From Limnochordia bacterium (GTDB taxonomy: Bacteria > Bacillota > Limnochordia > DTU080), in the NCBI GenBank assembly GCA_050951545.1, contig JBMNJG010000005.1, positions 224,001-288,000 on the forward strand: 64,000 bases of DNA, read 5' to 3'. The number at the start of each line of letters is the position of its first letter. Position 1 is the first letter of the stretch. The notes beneath the pieces were generated by a model, which searched no databases, had not been told where the DNA came from, and worked only from the letters and a program-made list of their open reading frames with translations. This document shows positions 30,343 through 40,777 of the stretch, piece after piece. Position numbers and translations under genes: made by a program.

Positions 30343-31353
30343 CTAAGTGATCGCCAGCCACTGGTACACATACCCGGCAATGATCGCCCCGCCCAGAGCT
30401 ACGCTGTAGTAGAGAGTCAGGAAATTGGCCTGAAACAGCGTCCCCAAAATAAGCACTGTGGAGATGTTCGTCGCCGGACCCGTAAGGAAAAAGGCCAAAA
30501 CTGCCCCGGGACTCATACCCATCTCAGCCAACACCTGCATCAAGGGGATGGCTGCTCCCCCACATGCGTACAGGGGGATCCCAGCTGCAGCAGCCAGCAG
30601 AATGGAAAAACGCGACGAAGCGCCGAAAACCCGCATGATCAGCGAGGGCGACATAAGCTCCCGCACAGCCGCCGAGACCACCAACGCCAGCAGAAAGTAC
30701 CGACCAGCAAACTTGATCTGCATGCCGAAGTTGTACAACCAAGAGCGCGCGCTCTCTTTTCCCTGAAGTAATCCCTGGAATCTGCCGCTTCGTAGGCCGT
30801 CAAGTGACTTACGGTAGTGACGCAGAGGCACATCCACAGGCAATGCCTCCTGCTGCCGCAAATAGGCCGCAGGTTGACCCCACCGCTTCTCGCAGCGACC
30901 CGCTAGCCAGCCACCCACGATGGCCAGAGTGAAACTGGCCACCATCCGCGCCACGGCCATCCCCAAGCCCATGCCACCTGCAGTCATCGCGAAGATGCCC
31001 GGATTAATCAAAGGTGAGCTGATCATAAAAGCAGCTACGGGCGCCAGAGGCGCTCCTTGACGCAACATGATCACCGCCAACGGGATTACGCTATAGGTGG
31101 CCAACGGTGAGATCACGCCAAGAATGGCTGCAAAGAGTACGCCGAGGCCCTGCATGCGCTGAAGGCTCTTGGCCAGCGAGGCTGGGGATAAAAACGTGGC
31201 AATGGCCGATGTGATGGCCAGCCCCATTACAAACCAGACCCAGAGTCGAGCCCCGAGCGTCCAGGCCCCGTACACAATCTGCCACGAACGCGTTTGCTCC
31301 ACGATTCTGGCCCAGTACATCAACGACACTAATGCATCAGTCACCCATCTCAT
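30343..31353 (-). CDS. Permease (DUF318/ArsP-like)
   Basis: AFMISSPLINP, GIPLYACGGAAIP and AFFLTGPATN motifs; start uncertain. Confidence 0.8.
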   Translation of the reverse strand: MRWVTDALVSLMYWARIVEQTRSWQIVYGAWTLGARLWVWFVMGLAITSAIATFLSPASLAKSLQRMQGLGVLFAAILGVISPLATYSVIPLAVIMLRQGAPLAPVAAFMISSPLINPGIFAMTAGGMGLGMAVARMVASFTLAIVGGWLAGRCEKRWGQPAAYLRQQEALPVDVPLRHYRKSLDGLRSGRFQGLLQGKESARSWLYNFGMQIKFAGRYFLLALVVSAAVRELMSPSLIMRVFGASSRFSILLAAAAGIPLYACGGAAIPLMQVLAEMGMSPGAVLAFFLTGPATNISTVLILGTLFQANFLTLYYSVALGGAIIAGYVYQWLAIT

Positions 31354-31556
31354 GACGGCCTTTTTCTCCTTTAACTGCGCCTGATCACACCGCCCCTGTT
31401 CGCCCTGAGTCCAGGCGGTTCCTCCGAGTATACGCCAGTGATCTTGAGGAAACAGCTGGTAGATTGCCTTCGCCAACAGAGCAGGTAGGCAGCCTTTTGC
31501 TGGCGTAATGTATGATGAAACCTGACAATAACAAGTGAAAGTGAGGCCAACCTAGC

Positions 31557-32417
31557 ATGTTGGATAGTCCTAGCCAGGCCTTCTCCATCTCCGACAAAAT
31601 ATGCCATAGCGGAGACGTGGTAGCAGACCTGACGGCGCTGCGCATAGCTGGTTTCGACTACATACATTTCAGCACCCGCTGGTTTCAGGCTGAGCCGATG
31701 GAGGCAGCGGAGCTAGAGACGTGGGAGCAGGCTCTTGCCCAAACTGGTACTAGAGTCCTCGATGTGCACGGCACCCTGACTCCCAAAGTGAACTTGTGGG
31801 CAGAAGATCCCGAGATACGCGCCTTAGCCCTGAAGCTGCTTTTCCATCGACTGGAAGTCACTTATAGGCTGGGTGGCGATGCCATGGTCTACCATGCCCC
31901 CAATGGCATTGCCCCTTCAGAAGCGGTATATGAGCGTCTTGTCGACGGGCTGGCCCGCGCCGAAGAGAGGGCCCGCCATCTGGGGCTGCGCATCGCTTTG
32001 GAGAACCACTACGATGCGGAACTGACCAATCGCAGCCTGGAGATCTGTTTCGAGCGCTTCGACCCTGATTATGTCGGTTTTACGCTCGACCCAGGGCACG
32101 CCAACATGGCCGGCAATCTTGGGTGGCTGTGCCACAACTGCCGCGAACGCTTGACGGTGCTACACCTCAATGACAATGATGGTCACCGCGACTGGCATTG
32201 GTTGCCGCAAGATCCACGCGGCAGCGTCAATTGGGATCTCGTGGTGGAGTGCATCGCTGGCAGTCCGTACACGAAGCCACTCCAACTGGAAGTGAACCCT
32301 CCACCCAACAGCAATGCCCCTGATTCTGGATATCTCAAAGAAGCGCAGACAGCTGTAGCAGTTCTGAACAGACAGGTAGCTCAGGCACGAGAAAACAGTC
32401 CCTCCGCTGCAGTCTGA
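31557..32417 (+). CDS. Sugar phosphate isomerase/epimerase (AP endonuclease 2 TIM barrel)
   Basis: IALENH, LDPGHAN, LHLNDNDG...H and LEV metal ligands. Confidence 0.85.
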   Translation: MLDSPSQAFSISDKICHSGDVVADLTALRIAGFDYIHFSTRWFQAEPMEAAELETWEQALAQTGTRVLDVHGTLTPKVNLWAEDPEIRALALKLLFHRLEVTYRLGGDAMVYHAPNGIAPSEAVYERLVDGLARAEERARHLGLRIALENHYDAELTNRSLEICFERFDPDYVGFTLDPGHANMAGNLGWLCHNCRERLTVLHLNDNDGHRDWHWLPQDPRGSVNWDLVVECIAGSPYTKPLQLEVNPPPNSNAPDSGYLKEAQTAVAVLNRQVAQARENSPSAAV

Positions 32418-32538
32418 GCGAGGTACGCGTGTCGGCGGCCAACCACATCACCGGACGAGAATCGAAGGCCGCCGGCATGCCCATACCGCATTATGCGACT
32501 TTCAGAGGAACGACTGTCACTACTGCCTGCGCAGCGTA

Positions 32539-34206
32539 CTAGAGAAAGAACTTCAGGCCGCGCACGCGCGTGCCCGCATAGCGATCCGGATAGCGCGCAT
32601 CAGGAATCCCTGCGGGTACAGGCTCTGCAATCGTCAGATTGAAGGTGCCTTTACGAGTCTCAACGAGCAGCTGATGATTACCCTCAGTTAAGTCAAACAG
32701 CAATATGTCATTTGGCATCACGTGACGCCTTGTCACACCCTGGAAATCGTAGACAAGCCTACCATCGATCCACACCCGCATAGGTGTGCTCGAGCCTACC
32801 CGCAGTTCTGCCTTCTGGTTTCTCGGGGCATAAAAGTGCGTGAAAGCGTAGTAGTAGCGACTTGAGCGATTCGCGAAAGCCTGACTAATATCGATAAAAT
32901 CGTCGGATGCATAAAGCTCCTCGGTCCATCCCTCTTGACCCGGTGTAGGCACCGTCTTTGGATCTATCGGCTCTGCCGCCATGTTCAAAGTCCAGAAGCG
33001 TACGCTTTGGCCCTCTTTCGAGCGCCCCAACCAAGCTTGGTGCATGATGTTCTTCTGGAACAGGTAACTGGCAGATTCCAGACTCTCGCCTACGACGTCG
33101 ATACGCTCGAGGTCATTGATGCCCATGCCGATTAGCGCTGCCATAGTCACGTGCGAGATATCGTCGGGGTTGAAGCCCATCAGTCGAGCACATACCGTAT
33201 CAACGGCCACGCTATCACGCCCGGCGACGATCATGTTGCGGTACAAAGGAGAACCGTTAGCCCTCGTATATGCTCTCTCTAGGGCAGTGATCGCATCGAC
33301 CACCACATAGTCGATATCCGCCACGGACGCCATGTCCACGATCGTCTTATCCATCACGGCGGGGTTGTGATCAAGTCCGTTTTTCGCCCACCCATACCGT
33401 GCTCCAGGAGCGACGCCAATGTTGTTCTTGAGGCTTACTGTGATCCGTGTTCCGTGAATCTTCATCACGGGCACCGAGATCACTTTGTCGGCTTCTTCTA
33501 CCAATCTGTGAGTCCAGTAAGTATCTTGATACCATCCACCGTCCGGCAGGTGCACCAAGACCGTATCCGATAGCGGCACGTTGAGGTCGCCCAGGCTGAC
33601 CTTCAGCCCCGGAAGGGAAGGATCCTTTTTCAGCTCCTCCACCATCTCGCGGTATCCGTTCCTACCTAGGCCATCACGCACCTGGGCTTTAGTAACCGAG
33701 TATTTGGCCGCAAGCTGTGGATCTATCCACTCACCTGAGCCATCGGCCACGACGATCTCAGCGTCTGGATTTGCCTCATAGACCAGCTTGATGACCGCCC
33801 GCACCACACGATTGTCTGTGATAGAACCGCTGCCGGAAGCAGCATCTGTCACCCAGTTGGGCTTGATGAGCACTAACCTATCGTCCGGATCTACTACCTT
33901 TTTCATGCCACCTGTCTTCTCGACAGCCAAACGAACCATCTGCTCAATCTGCATCGTGGTGATCCGATTGCCCAAGGCATCCGGGTCCACAGGATTGGGC
34001 ATGCCTGCAGTATTCGTCCGCACGACAGCCACCGTACTTCTCTCCCAAGGCACTGGCCGCTGCACTTCGGACACCTTGTGGAAAAGCTGGTAGCCTTTCG
34101 TCGCGTTATGGGCTACCGTCGAGTGTAGATCAAGCATGAACAAGACGACTATGGCCGCAACAGCCACATAGCGCAGCCAACCTTTTCGCCTAACTGCTTG
34201 CCCCAT
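32539..34206 (-). CDS. DUF362 domain protein with N-terminal signal/anchor and C-terminal beta domain
   Basis: VLIKPNWV, VPVMKIH...TVSLKN and GRDSVAVDTVCARLMGF motifs. Confidence 0.8.
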   Translation of the reverse strand: MGQAVRRKGWLRYVAVAAIVVLFMLDLHSTVAHNATKGYQLFHKVSEVQRPVPWERSTVAVVRTNTAGMPNPVDPDALGNRITTMQIEQMVRLAVEKTGGMKKVVDPDDRLVLIKPNWVTDAASGSGSITDNRVVRAVIKLVYEANPDAEIVVADGSGEWIDPQLAAKYSVTKAQVRDGLGRNGYREMVEELKKDPSLPGLKVSLGDLNVPLSDTVLVHLPDGGWYQDTYWTHRLVEEADKVISVPVMKIHGTRITVSLKNNIGVAPGARYGWAKNGLDHNPAVMDKTIVDMASVADIDYVVVDAITALERAYTRANGSPLYRNMIVAGRDSVAVDTVCARLMGFNPDDISHVTMAALIGMGINDLERIDVVGESLESASYLFQKNIMHQAWLGRSKEGQSVRFWTLNMAAEPIDPKTVPTPGQEGWTEELYASDDFIDISQAFANRSSRYYYAFTHFYAPRNQKAELRVGSSTPMRVWIDGRLVYDFQGVTRRHVMPNDILLFDLTEGNHQLLVETRKGTFNLTIAEPVPAGIPDARYPDRYAGTRVRGLKFFL

Positions 34207-34457
34207 CGTTTACCGCCCTCCTCTCGGCGCTCTGTTGTCTCTTTCGCCGACACGAACGCCCCTTCCTTTCATATCCCGTTCATCCAGAAAAAGGTGTGAC
34301 TGACACGTTAGGCATACAACGTACTCGCATACGCCCACTCCATCGCCAGGAAAAACGCCTACCATGTGGAAGAGTCTGCTACAGACAATCAGAACTGCAT
34401 GGAGTTGCTAGATGGGCTTGCACGAATGGAAGGAGTAGGCAAAGGAGCGTGTTCCAA

Positions 34458-35732
34458 ATGAAGTTAAGCCCAAGGCACTGCGTATTGTGGATCCTGATGC
34501 TAATCTTCCTGCACTTGTCAGTCGCTGCTGTGGCTGGGGGAAATGCTGTCCAGTTCGTCATCTACGCCTCAGAAGACCGTGTACCGCTCTACCAGCAGTT
34601 TTTCCAGGCGTTTGAGTCCAGAACAGGCATTCCGGTGGAGCATCAGCAAGTTCCTGGCTCCCAAGTGCAAAAATGGGAACAAGTCATCACCCGCATCGCC
34701 GGAGGCCTATCCCCAGACGTAGTGGGCGGTGTGAGCGTTGAATTCCCGCAATACGCTGCCCAAGGCCTGATCGAGCCAGTTGATGCGTGGCTGAAACGAG
34801 ACAAAGCCAACACAGGGGTGGTCATGCCTATCTTGATCAACGCCCTGCAGTGGCGAGGGCAACAGTTCATGATGCCCTACGGTGCGTCTGGGGTCTGCAT
34901 TGTCTATAACATGCAGCTTTTGGATGAAGCTGGTGTGCCGCACCCACCGACTGAGTGGGGCACACCCCAATGGACCTGGGAGAGTTTCTTGGCTGCCCTG
35001 AAGAAATTGACCAAACGCGACGCCAGTGGCAACATCACGCAGTACGGGCTCGGAGGTCCACCCTGGGACAGTTGGATCACACTTCCCTACACCTGGGGTG
35101 GCGACTGGATCGACGCTGAACTGAAGCGTTTTACGGGTAACCAGCCCGAGGCTCTTGCCTCACTGCAGGCCATGCAAGATATGCGCTGGACCTACCAGGT
35201 CATGGGCACCGGAGGTGGGCTGATCGAAGGGCGCTCGGCCATCCTCGGCTGGGGCACCTGGAATCTCAAGGCCATGATGGATAGTCCGCTTCCCTTGCGT
35301 ATGGCGCCCTGGTTTCGCGTGGGCACTCATGATCCCAAAGGTCCCGTTAACCCAAATGGGCTAGCGGTGTTAGCTTCCAGCAGCAACAAAGACGCCTCGT
35401 GGGAGTTTGTGAAATTCGCCACTCTCGATCCAGTCGGCAACCATCTTTTTGCCACTGCTGCAGGTTCGGTACCTGGCACGGGGCAAGCCTACCGCCGCTG
35501 GCAAGAGGCGGTACAATCCCAGAAACCCAACCTGAACCCGAGCGCATTCGTCCAGCAAGTGGGCCAATATGGAGCCATCGTTAACATCCGAAAGGTGACC
35601 ACGTTTAACGACATCAATGCGGTCATGATCCCCGCAGTCAACGACGTGATCAACAACGTGAAGTCACCGACCCAGGCGATGGAAGAAGCAGCGCCTGTGG
35701 TCCAAGCCTTGATCGATCAAAGCGCTCACTGA
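34458..35732 (+). CDS. Carbohydrate ABC solute-binding protein (copy 1)
   Basis: Signal peptide; IAGGLSPDV, YNMQLLDEAG and AWEFVKF-type SBP_bac_1 motifs; ATG behind AAAGGAG. Confidence 0.88.
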   Translation: MKLSPRHCVLWILMLIFLHLSVAAVAGGNAVQFVIYASEDRVPLYQQFFQAFESRTGIPVEHQQVPGSQVQKWEQVITRIAGGLSPDVVGGVSVEFPQYAAQGLIEPVDAWLKRDKANTGVVMPILINALQWRGQQFMMPYGASGVCIVYNMQLLDEAGVPHPPTEWGTPQWTWESFLAALKKLTKRDASGNITQYGLGGPPWDSWITLPYTWGGDWIDAELKRFTGNQPEALASLQAMQDMRWTYQVMGTGGGLIEGRSAILGWGTWNLKAMMDSPLPLRMAPWFRVGTHDPKGPVNPNGLAVLASSSNKDASWEFVKFATLDPVGNHLFATAAGSVPGTGQAYRRWQEAVQSQKPNLNPSAFVQQVGQYGAIVNIRKVTTFNDINAVMIPAVNDVINNVKSPTQAMEEAAPVVQALIDQSAH

Positions 35733-35806
35733 GCTGACACCTGATGCTGGCATCCGCGCTGGCTCATCCGAGGCTAGCGTAGGTAAACAGAGAGGTCGTG
35801 TAACCC

Positions 35807-37087
35807 ATGAAGGCAAGAAGAAGCGCACTCTGGTACGTAGCGACGTGTACTCTACTACTCGGAATGGCCCTCTCGGCGGCTTCCCTGGCCGCCCCGAAGG
35901 ACGTTCAGTTCGTTGTCTACTCCAGTGAAGAGCGCGTGCCGCTCTATCAGGAGAATTTCGACGCCTTCAAAGCGAAGACTGGTATCGGCGTCGAGCACCA
36001 GCAAGTTCCCGGCTCACAAGTGCAGAAATGGGAGCAGGTCATCACCCGCATCGCCGGGGGTCTATCGCCGGACGTTATAGGAGCCGTCAGCGTGGAATTC
36101 GTACAGTACGCAGCCAACGGCCTCATTCTACCTGTGGACGAGTGGATAAAGAAAGACAAGGTCAACACCAGAGCCATCATTCCCATCTTGGTAGATGCTT
36201 TGCAGTGGCGCGGGCAGCAGTACATGATGCCCTACGGCGCATCCGGCCTGCCCCTCGTTTACAACGCCCAGCTTTTTGACGAGGCGGGCGCAGCATATCC
36301 TCCCGAGGTATGGGGTAAACGCGAATGGAACTGGGAAACCTTCGTCTCCACTCTGAGAAAGCTGACCAAGAAAGATAGCAGTGGCAATATCACGCAGTAC
36401 GGACTCGGGGGCCCACCTTGGGACAGCTGGATCACACTTCCCTATACCTGGGGCGGAGACTGGATTGATCCAGAGATGAAGCGGTTTACCGGTACCTCGC
36501 CCGAAACGCTCGCCTCCCTGCAAGCCATGCAGGATTTGCGGTGGAACTTTCAGGTGATGGGCACTGGCGGCGGACTCCTCGAGGGACGCTCAGCCATGGT
36601 CGGATGGGGAACCTGGAACCTGAAAAGCATGATCAACAGCCCGCTTCCCTTGCGCATGGCTCCGTGGTTTACCGTGGGTACCCATCCTCCCAAAGGACCC
36701 ATTAACCCCATGGGCCTTGCTATCTTGGCTTCGAGCCAAAATAAAGAGGCAGCTTGGGAGTTCGTGAAGTTCAGTACCGTCGACCCGACAGGAAACTACA
36801 TGCTGGCCAACGCAGCTGGTGCCTTGCCTGGGACGCCTCAAGCCTATCGACGTTGGCAAGAGTCTTTGCAGGCGCAGAAAGCTGACCTCAACCCGATCGC
36901 CTTCGTTCAGCAAGTGGCCGAACACGGTGGTGTGGTCAGCATCCGAAAGACGACTACGTTCAACGATATCAATGCCGTCATGACTCCTGCCGTCAACTCC
37001 GTGATCAATAACACCAAGTCGCCCACCCAGGCGATGGAAGAAGCCGCGCCTGTGGTGCAAGCCTTGATCGATCACAGTGCGCACTAA
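35807..37087 (+). CDS. Carbohydrate ABC solute-binding protein (copy 2, tandem paralog)
   Basis: Shares long identical blocks with 34458-35732, e.g. EHQQVPGSQVQKWEQVITRIAGGLSPDV and GLGGPPWDSWITLPYTWGGDWID. Confidence 0.9.
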   Translation: MKARRSALWYVATCTLLLGMALSAASLAAPKDVQFVVYSSEERVPLYQENFDAFKAKTGIGVEHQQVPGSQVQKWEQVITRIAGGLSPDVIGAVSVEFVQYAANGLILPVDEWIKKDKVNTRAIIPILVDALQWRGQQYMMPYGASGLPLVYNAQLFDEAGAAYPPEVWGKREWNWETFVSTLRKLTKKDSSGNITQYGLGGPPWDSWITLPYTWGGDWIDPEMKRFTGTSPETLASLQAMQDLRWNFQVMGTGGGLLEGRSAMVGWGTWNLKSMINSPLPLRMAPWFTVGTHPPKGPINPMGLAILASSQNKEAAWEFVKFSTVDPTGNYMLANAAGALPGTPQAYRRWQESLQAQKADLNPIAFVQQVAEHGGVVSIRKTTTFNDINAVMTPAVNSVINNTKSPTQAMEEAAPVVQALIDHSAH

Positions 37088-37106
37088 CTGACATCGAGCT
37101 CTGAGC

Positions 37107-37132
37107 CGAGGCTCCGCTATAGCGGAGCCTCG
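37107..37132 (+). terminator. Perfect 26-bp palindrome after the SBP (stabilising stem-loop or terminator)
   Basis: CGAGGCTCCGCTATAGCGGAGCCTCG. Confidence 0.6.
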
Positions 37133-37186
37133 ACCCAAAGCCCCTGTCGGCACAGCGCCACTTCACTGACTGGAGAGTGATAGGCG

Positions 37187-40100
37187 ATGAAAAGGCACTG
37201 GATTGTAACCCTCATCCTTTTGGGGCTGCTAGCCATGGCTGCAAAGGCAGCCTGTGCGAGTAATCTGTTGGTCAACTCGAGTTTCGACACCAACTACAAC
37301 GGCTGGTCAGCCTGGAAACCAAAAGGACAACCCGAGATCGTAATAGATGACGAAGTATGGCACAGTGGTCCTGGTTCCCTGCGCATCACTGGTCTTACCC
37401 CAACCGACCGGGGTTCTGTGGGGCAACGCGTCGTGGTGGAAGGTGGAACCACCTATGTCCTTCGCGTCTGGATGAAGACACAAGACGTGTCGCGCCCAGT
37501 CGCTCAGATTCGCATTCAGTTTAACGCTGAGAAGAACGCGAGCGACAAGACACGATCGCACCTCTACATCGGGCGCTTGAGCGGCACCCAAGACTGGACA
37601 TATCTGGAAGAGAGCTTCATCGTACCTGAAGGCACCGGGACCCTCACAATTGAACCGTTTCTGGATTCGGCGCAAGGCACAGCCTGGTGGGATGATCTGG
37701 AATTGGTAGCCGCAAAGAGCGAGCCTCTTGCGCTCATGGATCCCTCGGTACGTGTACTGACTTCGGGCGCGGTGGCTTTGAACTGGGGGGTCCCCACCGC
37801 CTACCAAGAAGCCAGCGTACGCTTTCGCGTCTACCGTTCGCCTCTTCCGGATTTTTCTATCACTAACCGCCCCCCAGTTGCCGTCACTGACGATCTTCAG
37901 TTCATCGACCGAGACACAAAGCAAGGCCAGACCTATTACTACCGGATCCAACCTTTCTATATGCAGCAAGACAAGGAGCAGATCGGTGATGTATCCTACG
38001 CATTGAAGGCAAACGTCGGCTCCGTCACTGCCGTTGCACCTCCGCTCGCTTTCTTCGCTGACTGGGACGCGGGTCAAGCCAGGCTCACCTGGGATCTGGA
38101 TACCAGCCGAGCTCGGCAGATACGCCTGGAGCGCCGAGTGCTGGACGCCGATGGCCAAGGCGACTGGGAGCCCCTAGGAGTTGCCTCCGCTTGGGCATCT
38201 GAGTACATCGATAGTCACCTGCCTGCTGAGGCATTGGAGCTTGTGAGCTACCGCATCACAGTCCTGGGACCCGATTGGGAGGAGACAGCACCCATGGTAA
38301 GCCCGTTAAGTGGCTTTGTCCCCACACTACCTCTCGCGGCATCCGCAGATGAACACCCGCGTCTGTTCGTCACAGAGCAAGACATTGACAACCTCAAAGA
38401 AGCAGCCAAGACCAACATGGGCCTCAAGATGCTCCTCGAAAGCGAGATCATCACTCCAGCCCGCTCTGTGACTGCCTCGGTCACCGCCAGTGGTGTGATA
38501 TTACCCGTAAAAGACGATAACTCCGGACACTCCTCGCTGGCTCGTCGGGCACGCAATGCAGCGCTCGGCTACGCTTTCTCCGGCGACTTGTCGATGGCCG
38601 CAGCTGCCAAAGAGATTCTCTTGGCCTATGCCGCCAGCTACAAGCAGTACCCGCTTCTCAGCACTTATGATGGACACGTGACCTACCAGACTCTGAACGA
38701 ATCGCCATGGCTGATCGACATTGCTTGGGCCTACGATCTCATCTGGAATAGCGGCTTGCTGTCCGCCGACGATCGGCGGGCCATTGAAGATGATCTACTC
38801 TGGGAAGGCGTCCGGGTGATCGACCGCTATGACAAAGGGCTATCAAACTGGCAAGCTTGGCATAATGCTGGTATCGGTGCCGTGGCTTTCCTGCTGAACG
38901 ACCAAGCCTGGATCGACGAGATCCTCACAGGCAAGCAGAGCTTCGCGGTTCATATCCGCGATGGCATTCGAGCCGATGGCATCTGGTGGGAACAGGCCAT
39001 AGGCTACCACGACTACACGCGCAGTGCCCTCACTTTCCTGGCAGAGATGGCCTATCGTCATGGCTACGACTTGTACAGTTTCCATAGCCATGGCAAATCC
39101 CTGAAACTCATGTTTGATGGGCCCATCCACCATGCCTTCACCGATGGGCTGCATCCTGTCGTGGGGAACACCAGCTTTGGCTCAAGACTCCGCTTTGACT
39201 GGACCTATGGTCTCGCCGCCCTGCACTATCAAGACCCGAAGTACGCAGCTCTGTGGAAAGCCACGATGGGTGGGTCGGGCAGTATTCCCTCGGTGTTTTT
39301 CCTACAGGCGCTTCAGGGGCTTGACGTCGGAACACTGAGCCATGGTACAGGCCATTTTGCCCCAGCAGGCATGGAGATGGCTGGCAGTAGCCTTTTCGCC
39401 GATACTGGCATGGCTGTACTGCGTGGCGGAGGCCTGGAGGCTGCTCTGCTCTACAAGCCGCATGGGACCACGATCGGTCATCAAGCCGCAGACAACCTCA
39501 CCCTCATGCTGGAGGGCCATGGGGGCCGCTGGCTCCCGGGCACGGGCAGTCTCGATTACGGCCGTGATGAGCAAGGCACCTGGTACAAGCAGACTGTGGC
39601 CCGCAACGGCGTTGTCGTCGACGAGACCTCGCAGTATCCGCAAGGCACTGGCACAGCGATTTTCGCCTCAGACAGTGGTCGCTCCTCAGCTGGATCTCTC
39701 CTTCACTTTGTGGCGTTGCCATCTGTCAGCGTCGCCGCGGCTGCTACGGACAGCGTCTATGGCGGAGTGCATATGGAACGAACCATTCTGCTTAGTTCAC
39801 CCTACGTCATAGATCGCTACCGAGTGACATCCGATCAGCCGCACACCTATGACTGGGTAGCCCATGTCGAGGCGCGTCCGAGCTCAATCAGTATAGACCA
39901 GCAACTACAAGACAAGCCCCTCGGTACCCAGGCCGGATACCAGCATATCACGGCAGTCGAACGCGGTGAGACCGCTGACACCTGGCACGCCGTATGGGAA
40001 AGAGGCGGCAACAGACTGCAGCTCTTAATGCTGGGTAACGAGCCGACACAGGTGATACGCGCCAGCGGTTACGGAGCTGGCCTCTCGCCTCGACCGCTGG

Positions 40101-40708
40101 TGATAGCCAGACGTCAAGCCGAAAACACGGAGTTCCTGACCGTCATGGAGTCCTTCGAAGAGCAGCCGAGTGTCCGCCTTGTAGAGCCTCTGAGACTGAC
40201 TAAGGGAGCCGACGATGGCATCCGGTTACTGCGCAATGTAGCAGAGGACCTTGTAGTGGCAGACGAGCTCGTTTGGAGCACAGAGGATGAACTGATGGAA
40301 GTGGGCGATGGAAAACGCGCCCGAGGTCGGTTAGCGTTCTTCCGAGCTGGCACGAACGGCGAGGTCGAATCACTTCTACTGCTCGCTGGTACACTAGTGG
40401 AGGCGGCCGATTTACGCGTCACCTCGACGCTACCTGCTGATCTGGCCGTTGAAAAAGCGCCAAATGGAATGCTTGCTGTGGCGCAAAACAGTGACGGCGC
40501 CCGAGCTTTGACGGTACAGGGAGCTGCTAATGCAACCCTGCGGCTATTCCAATGGACCAGTGACGACTCTGCCCCGCGCGAGGTGACCTTGGCTCGCCAT
40601 GCCGATGGTGTCAGCTGGCAGGCAGAGGCGGGAGTAATCTACTTCCTGGGCACTGAGACCCCCAGTGCCGACTGGCTCGCTCGTTTCCATGTACGCATTC
40701 AACCCTAG
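37187..40708 (+). CDS. Secreted modular polysaccharide lyase: CBM4/9-like + FN3-like x2 + alginate-lyase/heparinase II/III domains
   Basis: NLLVNSSFD...WWDDLEL CBM; YYYRI FN3-like; EHPRLF, SNWQAWHNAG, DGIWWEQAIGYHDY and GHQAADNL...WYKQTVARN lyase motifs. Confidence 0.82.
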   Translation: MKRHWIVTLILLGLLAMAAKAACASNLLVNSSFDTNYNGWSAWKPKGQPEIVIDDEVWHSGPGSLRITGLTPTDRGSVGQRVVVEGGTTYVLRVWMKTQDVSRPVAQIRIQFNAEKNASDKTRSHLYIGRLSGTQDWTYLEESFIVPEGTGTLTIEPFLDSAQGTAWWDDLELVAAKSEPLALMDPSVRVLTSGAVALNWGVPTAYQEASVRFRVYRSPLPDFSITNRPPVAVTDDLQFIDRDTKQGQTYYYRIQPFYMQQDKEQIGDVSYALKANVGSVTAVAPPLAFFADWDAGQARLTWDLDTSRARQIRLERRVLDADGQGDWEPLGVASAWASEYIDSHLPAEALELVSYRITVLGPDWEETAPMVSPLSGFVPTLPLAASADEHPRLFVTEQDIDNLKEAAKTNMGLKMLLESEIITPARSVTASVTASGVILPVKDDNSGHSSLARRARNAALGYAFSGDLSMAAAAKEILLAYAASYKQYPLLSTYDGHVTYQTLNESPWLIDIAWAYDLIWNSGLLSADDRRAIEDDLLWEGVRVIDRYDKGLSNWQAWHNAGIGAVAFLLNDQAWIDEILTGKQSFAVHIRDGIRADGIWWEQAIGYHDYTRSALTFLAEMAYRHGYDLYSFHSHGKSLKLMFDGPIHHAFTDGLHPVVGNTSFGSRLRFDWTYGLAALHYQDPKYAALWKATMGGSGSIPSVFFLQALQGLDVGTLSHGTGHFAPAGMEMAGSSLFADTGMAVLRGGGLEAALLYKPHGTTIGHQAADNLTLMLEGHGGRWLPGTGSLDYGRDEQGTWYKQTVARNGVVVDETSQYPQGTGTAIFASDSGRSSAGSLLHFVALPSVSVAAAATDSVYGGVHMERTILLSSPYVIDRYRVTSDQPHTYDWVAHVEARPSSISIDQQLQDKPLGTQAGYQHITAVERGETADTWHAVWERGGNRLQLLMLGNEPTQVIRASGYGAGLSPRPLVIARRQAENTEFLTVMESFEEQPSVRLVEPLRLTKGADDGIRLLRNVAEDLVVADELVWSTEDELMEVGDGKRARGRLAFFRAGTNGEVESLLLLAGTLVEAADLRVTSTLPADLAVEKAPNGMLAVAQNSDGARALTVQGAANATLRLFQWTSDDSAPREVTLARHADGVSWQAEAGVIYFLGTETPSADWLARFHVRIQP

Positions 40709-40777
40709 GATAGGAAAAGGAAATCGACATGAACGTCGAACAACACAGAGTAACAGAGCACAGCGCAACGACGCTAG

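Noticed and set aside
37307-38158. Long antisense ORFs (e.g. 283 aa here; also 26619-27302, 29709-30350, 52099-52743)
   Set aside because: They are shadows of well-supported genes on the opposite strand in GC-rich DNA and carry no motifs.
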